Below, piece by piece: positions 1-8,948 of a stretch of 64,000 nt of DNA. A program made the position numbers and the translations under genes. Where the stretch lies: NCBI GenBank assembly GCA_964553245.1, contig CAZKJM010000001.1, positions 81,806 to 145,805 on the forward strand. Direction: 5' to 3'. The notes below the pieces were generated by a model. It was not told the origin of the DNA. It worked only from the letters and a program-made list of their open reading frames with translations, and did not search any database. Each line of letters starts with the position of its first letter. Position 1 is the first letter of the stretch. The DNA is from an uncultured Gammaproteobacteria bacterium (GTDB lineage Bacteria; Patescibacteriota; Microgenomatia; Levybacterales; UBA12049).

Positions 1-135
1 ATGCTTTGTCTTATCCGTAATTTGCCCCAATAATTCTCCAGAAGTTGAAATATTATTAGAAATGACAGTTTTTATTATTAAAAGAAGAAAGATCATTGAG
101 ATTAATGACGTTAATATTAAAATCTGTTTTTTCAT
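1..135 (-). CDS. FtsL-like cell division protein, 5' part (runs off window start)
   Basis: Manual translation from ATG at 135: MKKQILILTSLISMIFLLLIIKTVISNNISTSGELLGQITDKTKH. Single N-terminal TM helix, directly after rsmH, the canonical ftsL position. Confidence 0.6.
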   Translation of the reverse strand, partial: MKKQILILTSLISMIFLLLIIKTVISNNISTSGELLGQITDKTKH

Positions 136-136
136 A

Positions 137-1030
137 TTAATTTTTTTCAAATATTCTTAATTTTGCACTTTTACTCCTGGGATTCTCTTTTTGCTCTTTT
201 TCACTTGGTAAAATCGGTTTTTTCGTAATAATTATTCCCATATTTTCATCTTCGAATTTTCTAAACATATCCTTTACTATTTTGTCTTCCAGGGAATGAA
301 AACTTATTACTGCAATTCTCCCGTTTCTTTTTAAAATATTCATTGCCTGAGGCAATGCTTGCTCTATATTTTCCAACTCGTTATTTACTGCTATTCTTAA
401 TCCCTGAAATACTCTTTTAAATAACTCATTTTTCTTAAAATCTGCAATTTCTTCATCTCTTATCCCGTAGGCTTCTTTTATAACATCCCCTAAGTCCTTT
501 GTTGTTTCGATTTGTTTTACTCTACGGGTCCTAATAATAGTGTCAGAAATGGACCTAGCACGATGCTCCTGACCCAATTTATTAAATAATTCATAAAGTT
601 CTCCTTTCGTTAAAATATTAACAAGATCTCTTGCTTTTACACCCAAGGACCTATCCATTCTCATATCCAAAGGTCCCTGTTTTAAAAAACTAAATCCTCT
701 ATTAGGAGTATCTATTTGATGAGAAGATACTCCCAGATCAAATACTACTCCTCTTACCTCGGTAAATTCTTTTAAATGTGCTATTTCTTCTATGTCTTTA
801 AAATTACCTTTGTATGCTACAAAATTATTATTCCTCCCAATTTTTTTCGTTGCATAAAAGATCGCATCTTGATCTGTATCTATTCCTAATACAATTCCCC
901 CTCTTTTTAAAAATTCTTCTGTATGTCCCCCACCACCTAATGTCGCATCTATATATTTTTCACCCTTTTTAATTCGTAAATATTCTGTTATTTCGCTTAA
1001 AAGTACTGGTGTGTGATAATCAGTTTTCAT
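137..1030 (-). CDS. rsmH: 16S rRNA m4C1402 methyltransferase RsmH (MraW)
   Basis: HTPVLL, DATLGGGGH, DLGVSSHQ, GPLDMRM, ISFHSLED, NPRSKSAKLR motifs; follows mraZ. Confidence 0.98.
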   Translation of the reverse strand: MKTDYHTPVLLSEITEYLRIKKGEKYIDATLGGGGHTEEFLKRGGIVLGIDTDQDAIFYATKKIGRNNNFVAYKGNFKDIEEIAHLKEFTEVRGVVFDLGVSSHQIDTPNRGFSFLKQGPLDMRMDRSLGVKARDLVNILTKGELYELFNKLGQEHRARSISDTIIRTRRVKQIETTKDLGDVIKEAYGIRDEEIADFKKNELFKRVFQGLRIAVNNELENIEQALPQAMNILKRNGRIAVISFHSLEDKIVKDMFRKFEDENMGIIITKKPILPSEKEQKENPRSKSAKLRIFEKN

Positions 1031-1460
1031 TCTTATCTTTCTCGACTAACTTTTGCGAAATTTTATCTATATTCTTTTCAAGGTTCCCTCTATATTCTTC
1101 CCATCGTTTTTTATCCCAAATTTCCACATATCGCGATAAACCTATAAATACGACTGTGTCTTCAATTTTTCCAAAGTCTCGTAAATATGAAGGCAATACA
1201 AACCTTCCCTTGCTATCGAGCTCAACACTGCTTGCTCCTCCGAGCAGGAAACGCTGTGTTTCCCTTGCTTCTGATTGGATAAAAGGTTTTCCTTCTGTAC
1301 CTTCAAGTAAAGCTTTCCAGTTTTTTTCCGAGACGACAATAAGTGAGTTTTCATATCCAAGTGTTACTATTAATTTATCTCCCAAAAATTCTCTAAATTT
1401 TTTAGGAAATGCAATTCTGTTTTTAATATCAATCTTTCCTTCATATTGACCTATTAGCAT
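1020..1460 (-). CDS. mraZ: Transcriptional regulator MraZ
   Basis: Two AbrB-like repeats (IDIKNRIAFP, LDSKGRFVLP), VEIWD; upstream of rsmH. Confidence 0.97.
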   Translation of the reverse strand: MLIGQYEGKIDIKNRIAFPKKFREFLGDKLIVTLGYENSLIVVSEKNWKALLEGTEGKPFIQSEARETQRFLLGGASSVELDSKGRFVLPSYLRDFGKIEDTVVFIGLSRYVEIWDKKRWEEYRGNLEKNIDKISQKLVEKDKNEN

Positions 1461-1498
1461 ACTTTTTACCCAGTTATCCGGGTCCTGCCTTTCGTTAT

Positions 1499-1526
1499 CC
1501 CACTTTTTCCCACTTTAGACCACTTT
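1499..1526 (-). promoter_or_regulatory. MraZ operator: three GTGG boxes at 10-bp periodicity
   Basis: CCACTTT on + strand with CAC at 1501, 1511 and 1521 (AAAGTGG on -), matching the known 10-bp-spaced GTGG MraZ binding repeats. Confidence 0.85.
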
Positions 1527-1531
1527 ATTAC

Positions 1532-1560
1532 ATTTTGAACCGTTTACTAAATATTGTCAA
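1532..1560 (-). promoter_or_regulatory. sigma70-type promoter of the mraZ/dcw operon
   Basis: TTGACA (1560-1555), 17 nt, CAAAAT (1537-1532), immediately upstream of the MraZ boxes. Confidence 0.7.
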
Positions 1561-1625
1561 GAGGAAAGTAAATAAAATATGGGATAAATTATCCAAAAAC
1601 ACTACTTGTAGAATTTAATAATGTT

Positions 1626-2087
1626 TTATTCTTCCAAACTGAGGGTTTTTTCCAATTGATATGTTTTTCCGTCTTTTTTAACTACTTTTAATACTAATTT
1701 AACCGATGTTACCCCTTCGTCGTAATGACAAACATCAGAACACGTTCCAAGAGTTATCTCTTTTTTTGCTGGATCAAGTTTAAGATCAAGTTGACCAAAT
1801 GCTCCTCTTTCTATACCATCTTTGTCCAAATAAGAAAGAGTATATTCAACTAATGTTAAGTCTTCTACTTTGGAGATTTCCAATATTACCGTTTTTCCCG
1901 CTTTTCCCGATGTGAATTCTAAACCAAGCTCCTCGGGCATTATTGTCGGAATTACCTCAATAATTTCTTCACTAGGTTTAATCTCTGCTTTCCTTGAATT
2001 ATTACCAATAAAAACATATAAAACAACTCCGATAATTATTAAAAATACCGCGACGATTGCAATTATTAGGTTTTTATTTTCTTTCAT
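1626..2087 (-). CDS. Membrane-anchored hypothetical protein
   Basis: ORF track 1626..2123. The likely start is ATG 2087 (MKENKN) because the TTG at 2123 is the -35 box. One N-terminal TM, beta-rich C-terminal domain with GTCSDVCHY. Confidence 0.8.
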   Translation of the reverse strand: MKENKNLIIAIVAVFLIIIGVVLYVFIGNNSRKAEIKPSEEIIEVIPTIMPEELGLEFTSGKAGKTVILEISKVEDLTLVEYTLSYLDKDGIERGAFGQLDLKLDPAKKEITLGTCSDVCHYDEGVTSVKLVLKVVKKDGKTYQLEKTLSLEE

Positions 2088-2093
2088 GTTTTT

Positions 2094-2123
2094 ATGATAA
2101 ATAAAAAAATTGTTTTCTGTCAA
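2094..2123 (-). promoter_or_regulatory. Promoter of a probable leaderless transcript
   Basis: TTGACA-N18-TATCAT-N6-ATG(2087). Confidence 0.6.
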
Positions 2124-2132
2124 TAGCCTAAA

Positions 2133-3518
2133 TTAACCACAAATTTTTTTATTTATTTTTTCTACTAATTCTGTTATTTTTATGCGTTCTTGTTTTGCAG
2201 TATCCCTATCTCTTACAGTAACTGTATTATTTTCAAGTGTTTCAAAATCTATTGTTATACAATATGGAGTACCAATTTCGTCTTGAGAGAAATATCTTTT
2301 TCCAATATTCCCCCTATCATCAAATATGACTAAACCATTAATCTCTTTTTTAAGTTTTTCGTACACTTCTTTTGCTTTTGATACCAATTCCGGTTTATTC
2401 TTAAGAAGCGGGAAAACCGCTGTTTTTACAGGAGCTATTTTTGGATCAAGAGCTAAATAAATTCGTTTTTCACCCTTTAATTCTTCTTCTTTATAAGAAT
2501 CAAACAAAACTATTCCTGTTAATCTTGATAAACCAAATGTCGGCTCTATAACATGAGGTATGTATTTTTCTTTCGTCTCCAAATCCTGGTAGGATAAATC
2601 TTTTCCTGAGTTTTTTGAATGATTGTTTAAGTCAAAATCAGTTCTGTAGGCAAGCCCGAACATTTCCTTCCAACCAAAAGGATAATTATATTCAATATCC
2701 ATTGTCTTTTTCGAGTAATGGGATCTTTCAAACTCCTCATGTTCTCTCCATCGAAGTTTTTTCTCTTCTAAGCCGATTTTTAGAGCAAAGCTCCACATTT
2801 CTTTCTGCCAATATTTAAAAACTTTTTCCCATTCTTCAGGTTTTATAAAATATTCAAATTCCATTAAATCAAATTCCAATGTTCTATGAATAAATTGACC
2901 CATTGTAATTTCATTCCTAAACGCCTTACCGATTTGAGCAATTCCAAAAGGAATTTTTATTCTCATTGTATCCAGAACATTTTTAAAGTTAAGAAATATC
3001 CCTTGAGCAATTTCTCCTCTTAAATAAGCTTTTGATTTGCTTTCTTCTATTATTCCAATCTCTGTTTCAAAAAGAAGATTAAATCTTCTTGCTTCTGTAA
3101 AATTTACTTCCTTACATTTTGGACACTTTAATTTTTTCTCTTTAATAATTTTAGTAAGTTCATCAACAGGAAGTCCTTCTACCTTAATATCAGAAACATT
3201 ATCTTCAATTAAGTGATCTGCTCTTGTTCTGTATTTGCAATTTTTACAGTCAACTAATGCATCCGTGAAGTTTTTAACATGTCCTGATGCTTCCCAAACT
3301 TTAGCATTTAGAAATATTGAAGCATCTATGCCAACCATATCATCCCTATCTAAAACAAATTTTTTCCACCATAAATCTCTTAGATTGTTTTTTAGTAATG
3401 TTCCATAATACCCATAATCCCAGGCATTTGCCATTCCTCCGTATATTTCGGAAGACGGATAGACAAAGCCTCTTCGCTTACAAAGCGCTGTAACTTTTTC
3501 AATCAAGCTATTTTCCAT
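2133..3518 (-). CDS. glyQS: Glycine--tRNA ligase, alpha2 (homodimeric) type
   Basis: CKRRGFVYPSSEIYGG, WEASGH, GKAFRNEIT, VIEPTFGLSR, GKRYFSQDEIGTPY anticodon domain. Confidence 0.97.
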   Translation of the reverse strand: MENSLIEKVTALCKRRGFVYPSSEIYGGMANAWDYGYYGTLLKNNLRDLWWKKFVLDRDDMVGIDASIFLNAKVWEASGHVKNFTDALVDCKNCKYRTRADHLIEDNVSDIKVEGLPVDELTKIIKEKKLKCPKCKEVNFTEARRFNLLFETEIGIIEESKSKAYLRGEIAQGIFLNFKNVLDTMRIKIPFGIAQIGKAFRNEITMGQFIHRTLEFDLMEFEYFIKPEEWEKVFKYWQKEMWSFALKIGLEEKKLRWREHEEFERSHYSKKTMDIEYNYPFGWKEMFGLAYRTDFDLNNHSKNSGKDLSYQDLETKEKYIPHVIEPTFGLSRLTGIVLFDSYKEEELKGEKRIYLALDPKIAPVKTAVFPLLKNKPELVSKAKEVYEKLKKEINGLVIFDDRGNIGKRYFSQDEIGTPYCITIDFETLENNTVTVRDRDTAKQERIKITELVEKINKKICG

Positions 3519-3524
3519 AAGCTA

Positions 3525-3533
3525 ATAATAGCA
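3525..3533 (-). promoter_or_regulatory. Extended -10 promoter, leaderless glyQS
   Basis: TGC-TATTAT-TAGCTT-ATG(3518). Confidence 0.55.
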
Positions 3534-3554
3534 GAAAAACCGGTATTTAAAAAG

Positions 3555-4094
3555 TTAGCTAAAATGAGGCATAATTTGTCTTGCTTTAAGTTTCTTTTCT
3601 AAAAGATATTCAATAATTTGTGATGGATTATCAACTTTCCCATCCAAAAGGTTATAAAATCCTAATATTGACAATAGCTTGATCTCAAAATTTTTAATGA
3701 GGTCTTCTGTTTCTTCACTTACTGATACTTTCTCAAGAATGTTCCTAAGCAGTTCAAAAACTTGCTCATTTTCCTGATTTTCAGGACACAAAGAATCAAT
3801 TAATTCACAAATATGATATGCTACGCCTATCTTTTTTAATTCTTTTTTTATATCTTTAAAATTATTTACTGTTTCTACCTCTGTTAAAAGCGGCAGGCTT
3901 TTCCCTTTATAAATGGTCACTTGAGAATAATTCAAAAGCTCTATATGCGACGATCTCCTGCTTACAATTCTTCTTACACCAATTGCTTTTATTTGAATTT
4001 TCCCAAATTTTTTTGTAAATACCGTTAAAATTCTATCAGCTTCGCCAAAATTTTTTCTTTTAATAATTATTCCTTCTGTTTTGTATGATCGCAT
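3555..4094 (-). CDS. recO: DNA repair protein RecO (short, no Zn finger)
   Basis: TEGIIIKRKNFGEADRILTVFTKKFGKI..A.GVRR OB-fold, FEIKLLSILGF; next to glyQS. Confidence 0.92.
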   Translation of the reverse strand: MRSYKTEGIIIKRKNFGEADRILTVFTKKFGKIQIKAIGVRRIVSRRSSHIELLNYSQVTIYKGKSLPLLTEVETVNNFKDIKKELKKIGVAYHICELIDSLCPENQENEQVFELLRNILEKVSVSEETEDLIKNFEIKLLSILGFYNLLDGKVDNPSQIIEYLLEKKLKARQIMPHFS

Positions 4095-4106
4095 ATTCTT
4101 GAGGAG

Positions 4107-6056
4107 TTACGGCTTAAGTTCAAATTTTTTGTCTGTATTTAATATAAACTTTTCTATCTCTTTACCGTTAACATTAAGCTTGTATTCAAAATCCCCTGTT
4201 CCAGGTTGCTTCTGAATCATTACAGGCAAGGTTGATCCTTTCTCCAGTTTAAAAGGTAATTTATATGTGAGAGTAATTTTTGCAACGCCCTGAGGTCTTA
4301 CTGTCATAAAACCTTCAAAAACAGTTTTTCCAAGTTCTTCGTAGGTTTTCATTTTTACCTCTGAGCCTTTACTATCAACCAACTTACTACCCTTAGGAAC
4401 ATAAACCCTAAACCAATTTCTTAATATTGCATTTAAGCATAAGTTTCCTCTTTCTAAGTTACAATCAGACGGAGCGTATGGATTTTTATAGTCGATGGTT
4501 ACTGTTTTTGTTATTGATCCATCAGATTTTACTTGATATTCCTGATTTATGTTTTCCGAAACGTACATATTTGATTTTGCCCCGCCGAAATTCGCTTCGT
4601 TTAAATGAAAATAATCTCCGTCAAAAGCTAATATCCTACCAGAAGCATTTAAACTCTCTAGGCCTTTTTGTGCTTCCTTATCATACATGTAAAACAACAC
4701 GTGTTTTTCTGCTGTTTGAGCAAGAAAAGTCTGGAAAAGCGGTCCCCAATACAGCTTAGGAGAAGACGAAAAAGCCTTATTCATAATTGCATACATTAAG
4801 TCTCCAATAATTCCTTTCCTGTTAGTTTTTTCATAATTTACGGGTCGATCTGCATACTCTTCCAAGGCATATATTACCTGAGGACAATTACATCTTGGGT
4901 CAATTTTTGTTGTAAAAGTCATACCCCCTGCATTAATTTCTCCAAGTATTTCCATAGTAGCAACCAACATATTTGTATCAATGGTTATTATTCCATCAAC
5001 ATCCGGACCTGATGATTTTTCGTAAAGTTTATTAAATTCCTTCATTGACTCAATAAAGTCAGGGGATAAATTAGTATCTCTTAAATTAAAAAGGGGTACT
5101 TTTGGCATATAGGTGCGAAGCGGTTCAGGTGCGCTTTTTTTACCGGAAATTTTATCGTCCAATTCATAAATATCACTTGAGCCTTCTGCATAAATCATTC
5201 CTTGTTCTACTCTAAAAACTGCATAAGCAGTCATAAAACCACCAGTTGGTCTTAGCTCCTTATCGTTTTGGAAAATAACTAAATACCTTTTTTGTTTTGG
5301 CTCTCCCAATAAACTCGGCAATACTTTTATAAGTGGAGTGGCATCGCTTATAAAGGTCACTCCATTATCTGTTAGGTTTTTAAAACTATCTAAACTTTTT
5401 CTGATTTTATCCCCGCCTAAAAAAGACGGATAACGATTCACGTCAACTTTATCAACTTCCTTTTTAACCAACTCAAGCTTTTCCACAACTTCGTCTATTT
5501 TCGGAGTCACTTTTCCCATTGTTTTTACTGCTGTTTGGATACGTTGTTCCGCCGATCCCATTACAAAACTACCTTGTCCTTTTAAGCCTAATACGTCCGC
5601 GTAGGGCTTAACTGCGTCTACCAAAATAGTAGCAGCGTCTAAACCATAAGAAGCTGCATTTGCAAGATGCTTTGCGTCCGAATAATACCAATTTGCAATC
5701 GGAACAAATTGAAGATAACCCATTGATTCTAAGTCTTTTTGAGTCTTGCTAAGCTCAGCCTTCGTTTTAATTAATTCTTCTCCACCCAGTTGAACATTTT
5801 GTTTTTTTAAAGCATCAATCGCTATTTTTGCTTGAGTGTAGGTCTTCTTTGTAGAGTCTAAGGTTTTTTTTGCAGGCAAAACTATTGTGAATACAGATAT
5901 TACGAGTAAGAAAAGAAAAGTTCCCAGTAAAATAAACAAATTTTTTTTACTAATTCTTTTTCTTTTCATCTTCTGTCTTAAAACCGAGGTATTGTTATTT
6001 GTAACATTACGTTCTTTAATATTTGTAGCAAAATCTATTTTATTAAAACCATCCAT
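4107..6056 (-). CDS. DUF4012 domain membrane-anchored protein
   Basis: N-terminal TM, helical stalk, YLVIFQNDKELRPTGGF, RDTNLSPDF, VDGIITID, QKQPG motifs typical of DUF4012. Confidence 0.85.
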   Translation of the reverse strand: MDGFNKIDFATNIKERNVTNNNTSVLRQKMKRKRISKKNLFILLGTFLFLLVISVFTIVLPAKKTLDSTKKTYTQAKIAIDALKKQNVQLGGEELIKTKAELSKTQKDLESMGYLQFVPIANWYYSDAKHLANAASYGLDAATILVDAVKPYADVLGLKGQGSFVMGSAEQRIQTAVKTMGKVTPKIDEVVEKLELVKKEVDKVDVNRYPSFLGGDKIRKSLDSFKNLTDNGVTFISDATPLIKVLPSLLGEPKQKRYLVIFQNDKELRPTGGFMTAYAVFRVEQGMIYAEGSSDIYELDDKISGKKSAPEPLRTYMPKVPLFNLRDTNLSPDFIESMKEFNKLYEKSSGPDVDGIITIDTNMLVATMEILGEINAGGMTFTTKIDPRCNCPQVIYALEEYADRPVNYEKTNRKGIIGDLMYAIMNKAFSSSPKLYWGPLFQTFLAQTAEKHVLFYMYDKEAQKGLESLNASGRILAFDGDYFHLNEANFGGAKSNMYVSENINQEYQVKSDGSITKTVTIDYKNPYAPSDCNLERGNLCLNAILRNWFRVYVPKGSKLVDSKGSEVKMKTYEELGKTVFEGFMTVRPQGVAKITLTYKLPFKLEKGSTLPVMIQKQPGTGDFEYKLNVNGKEIEKFILNTDKKFELKP

Positions 6057-6063
6057 AGCTTAA

Positions 6064-6092
6064 ATAATATCTTAAAATAAAAGGTATTGCAA
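6064..6092 (-). promoter_or_regulatory. Promoter, leaderless DUF4012 gene
   Basis: TTGCAA-N17-TATTAT-N7-ATG(6056). Confidence 0.65.
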
Positions 6093-6098
6093 ATATTT

Positions 6099-6764
6099 CT
6101 ACAGGGCTCCTTTTCCGGAAATCATTGCCCAAGGAGTTTTAAAAACAATTAAAAAGTCGTAAAAAACTGATCTTTTCTTAACATAATCTGCATCCATTTC
6201 TATACGCTTATCAAAATTAATTTCACTTCTGCCTGAAACTTGCCAATATCCTGTTAACCCAGGTTTTATTGAAAGCACAATTTTTACTGCATCCTTAGTG
6301 TTTGGGTATTTTTTTTGCTGTTCTCTTAGTTCATCCGGATAATATGCTCTTGGACCAACTAAGCTCATATCTCCTTTTAAAATATTGATAAATTGCGGGA
6401 CTTCATCAAGAGAGTGTTTCCTTATAAAATGTCCTACCTTTGTTATTCTTGGATCATCTTTTAATTTGTAACTTCCTCTTCTGTATTGTTCATAATATTT
6501 TGCAAACTTCGGATTATTTCTTAAAATATCGTGCGCGTTAATAATCATCGATCGAAATTTATACATTTTAAATGTTTTTCCGTTTTTACCAACTCTTGGA
6601 GGCGTATCTGCCATAATTGGACCCTTGGAATCAATTAATATTGCTAAAGAAACAATTAATATGATTGGTGAAAAAAATATCAAAAGAGTTGAAGAAAATA
6701 ATACATCCATTAATCTTTTAATAATTTCGTAAAACGTACTTTTTTTTATTTCTTTATATGGCAT
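6099..6764 (-). CDS. Initiating polyprenyl-phosphate phosphoglycosyl transferase (PglC/WcaJ/CpsE family, small monotopic form)
   Basis: KRLMDV, RVGKNGKTFKMYKFRSM, DDPRITKVG, SLDEVPQ, MSLVGPR, KPGLTGYWQVSGR. Confidence 0.93.
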   Translation of the reverse strand: MPYKEIKKSTFYEIIKRLMDVLFSSTLLIFFSPIILIVSLAILIDSKGPIMADTPPRVGKNGKTFKMYKFRSMIINAHDILRNNPKFAKYYEQYRRGSYKLKDDPRITKVGHFIRKHSLDEVPQFINILKGDMSLVGPRAYYPDELREQQKKYPNTKDAVKIVLSIKPGLTGYWQVSGRSEINFDKRIEMDADYVKKRSVFYDFLIVFKTPWAMISGKGAL

Positions 6765-6765
6765 A

Positions 6766-7848
6766 TTACGAAAGCTTCTCGTTTGTTGTTCCGTTTAAAC
6801 TCTCTACTAATTTTTTTACTTTAGGGACTGATTTTTTTGGACAAACTAAAATTACATCATCTGTGTTAACCACGAGCATTTGATCAAGATCAATGCCAAC
6901 CACCATTTGATTTGTGTAGTTAAAAATTAAGCTATCCTTACTATCCTCAACCATTACTTTACCTTTAGTAAGGTTATCTTCTTCTTTATCAACCAATGCT
7001 TCTTTTAAAGATTCCCACGCTCCAATATCACTCCATCCCAAATCGCAGCCAATTACATAACCGTCTTTAGGATCAATTTTTTCCAAAATCAAATTATCAA
7101 AAGAGTTTTTTTCAAAATTGGGATAAACCTTATTTAACTCCTGCTGAAAATTATCTTGACCCCAGTATTTTTGAATCTTTAATAATTCTTCGTACATTTC
7201 AGGAGCAAATTTTTTGTATAAAGAAAAAAGGAATTCTGCTGTAGTCCCAAAATATCCGGGATTCCAATAATGCAATTTGCTCTTATGAAAATCTTCTGCT
7301 GTTTTAATATCCGGTCTATAGTGAAAACTTTTAAATCCAAAAACCGAAAGACCATTGGCTTCTTTTACTTTATTACCTTGCTCAATCCAACCTAAATTCT
7401 GACTTGCAAATCTTGAGTCTTGAGCCATAAAAACTATTTTATTATTATCTTTTTTTAAAAGATCGTTTCCTGTAAGGATTACTTTTCTAAATACTTCCTC
7501 ATTTTTTACGAGATGATCGCTCCAGAGAATAAAAAACGGTTCGTTAGGGGAAATTTTTTGAAGCACTGCTGTTACAAGCCCAACAGCTGCACCAACATCA
7601 CGCATTTCAGGTTCGAAAATAAAATTCTGTTCAGGGATATCAGGTAATTGTGAAATTATTAACTCTTTGTATCTTATTCCAGATGAAATAAAGATATCTG
7701 ACGGTTTAAATATCGGATAAACCCTATCGTAGGCAAGTTGCAAAGTTGATTTATCTCCGACAATTTTTTCAAATTGTTTCGGTGTGTTTTTTCTTGATAA
7801 AGGCCAAAGTCTTGTACCAACTCCTCCTGCAAATATTACTACCTTCAT
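6766..7848 (-). CDS. manC: Mannose-1-phosphate guanylyltransferase (monofunctional)
   Basis: AGGVGTRLWPLSRKNTPKQF, SDH, WNPG, GWSDIGAW, C-terminal beta-helix. Confidence 0.88.
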   Translation of the reverse strand: MKVVIFAGGVGTRLWPLSRKNTPKQFEKIVGDKSTLQLAYDRVYPIFKPSDIFISSGIRYKELIISQLPDIPEQNFIFEPEMRDVGAAVGLVTAVLQKISPNEPFFILWSDHLVKNEEVFRKVILTGNDLLKKDNNKIVFMAQDSRFASQNLGWIEQGNKVKEANGLSVFGFKSFHYRPDIKTAEDFHKSKLHYWNPGYFGTTAEFLFSLYKKFAPEMYEELLKIQKYWGQDNFQQELNKVYPNFEKNSFDNLILEKIDPKDGYVIGCDLGWSDIGAWESLKEALVDKEEDNLTKGKVMVEDSKDSLIFNYTNQMVVGIDLDQMLVVNTDDVILVCPKKSVPKVKKLVESLNGTTNEKLS

Positions 7849-8948
7849 AATTTTTTAAAATGTCTTATTAATTCCTTTTCTATTAACCTACCTAATTTCT
7901 TTTCAAAATTACCTTCAGAAAACTTTTTAGCGCTAAGCTGTAATAATTTAGTATTATATCTTTTATTATTTACATTTTCCAATACTTTTTTTAAAGAAAA
8001 AGCTGATTGTTCTTTAAAAAATTCTCCCGTTATTCCTTCTTTAATTATATCCAGTGCTCCACCGCCTTTGTATGCAATAACGGGTTTTCCAAAGCTCTGT
8101 GCTTCGGTCATCACTAATCCAAAATCTTCAATTCCGGGAAAAATCAATGCTTTACAATTTTTATAATAAAACGAAAGCTCATCGTCCGTCAATCTGCCCA
8201 AGAATTCAATGTTAGGACCTGCTATTTTTTTAAGATTATTTTCTTCCGAACCTATTCCAACAATTTTTAGAGGGAATTTTAAATAATTAAAAGCCTTGAT
8301 TGCAACATCAATTTTTTTATAACGAACAAGTCTTGAAACAATTAAATAAAAATCCTTGTCTTTTCTAAAAACAGCTTTATTTTTTGTTTTTTTCTTAATC
8401 AAAGTCATCGGAGGATGTATTAAAGATGAATCACGATCATAATATTTCTTAATTCTTTCTTTAACTTCTCTTGAAATTGAAACAAAAGTATCGGGTCTTT
8501 TTGAGGCTATTTTATCCCATCTTCTTAAATAAGAAACAACAGGCTTAGATAAATTTTTAAGCAATGAATTCTTAAAATAGTCTTCATAACCACTCCAAAG
8601 ATATCTAGTCGGTGTTAAGCAATAACAAATATGTAAAGTTTTATCTTTTGTAATAATCCCCTTAGCTGCTTCGCTTGTTACTGATATTACTAAGTCATAA
8701 TCATCAAATCCAAAATTTTCAAAAGCGATTGGCATTAGCGGAGCTAGAATCTCATGTGAGGTTTTTGCATTGGGTATTTTTTGTAAAAAAGACGTTTTTA
8801 CATCAAATTCTTCTGCCCATAAAGCAGTTTTCCTATTATAAACAGATGTGAAAATCGGTGCTTTTGGAAAAATCTTGTGAAGGGAGAGAAGTACTCTTTC
8901 TGCACCTCCCCATTTATTTATTCTGTCGTAAACTAAAGCAACTTTCAT
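7845..8948 (-). CDS. GT4 glycosyltransferase (WbaZ-like mannosyltransferase)
   Basis: GGAERVL, CYCLTPTRYLW, SRLVRYKKID, EDFGLV. Confidence 0.9.
   Translation of the reverse strand: MKVALVYDRINKWGGAERVLLSLHKIFPKAPIFTSVYNRKTALWAEEFDVKTSFLQKIPNAKTSHEILAPLMPIAFENFGFDDYDLVISVTSEAAKGIITKDKTLHICYCLTPTRYLWSGYEDYFKNSLLKNLSKPVVSYLRRWDKIASKRPDTFVSISREVKERIKKYYDRDSSLIHPPMTLIKKKTKNKAVFRKDKDFYLIVSRLVRYKKIDVAIKAFNYLKFPLKIVGIGSEENNLKKIAGPNIEFLGRLTDDELSFYYKNCKALIFPGIEDFGLVMTEAQSFGKPVIAYKGGGALDIIKEGITGEFFKEQSAFSLKKVLENVNNKRYNTKLLQLSAKKFSEGNFEKKLGRLIEKELIRHFKKL

Noticed and set aside
1009-1449. 146-aa plus-strand ORF, and the many other short antisense or nested ORFs in the track (e.g. 38579..39079, 13729..14088, 4427..4759)
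   Set aside because: They lie wholly within well-supported genes, have Ser/Phe/Ile-rich shadow composition and no motifs.
2088-2123. TTG-start N-terminal extension of the 165-aa ORF
   Set aside because: The TTG is part of a TTGACA -35 box; ATG 2087 fits the promoter and TM position.
3555-4094. recO pseudogene (only 179 aa)
   Set aside because: Clean start and stop, intact OB and helical parts; short RecO forms lacking the Zn finger are plausible in reduced genomes.
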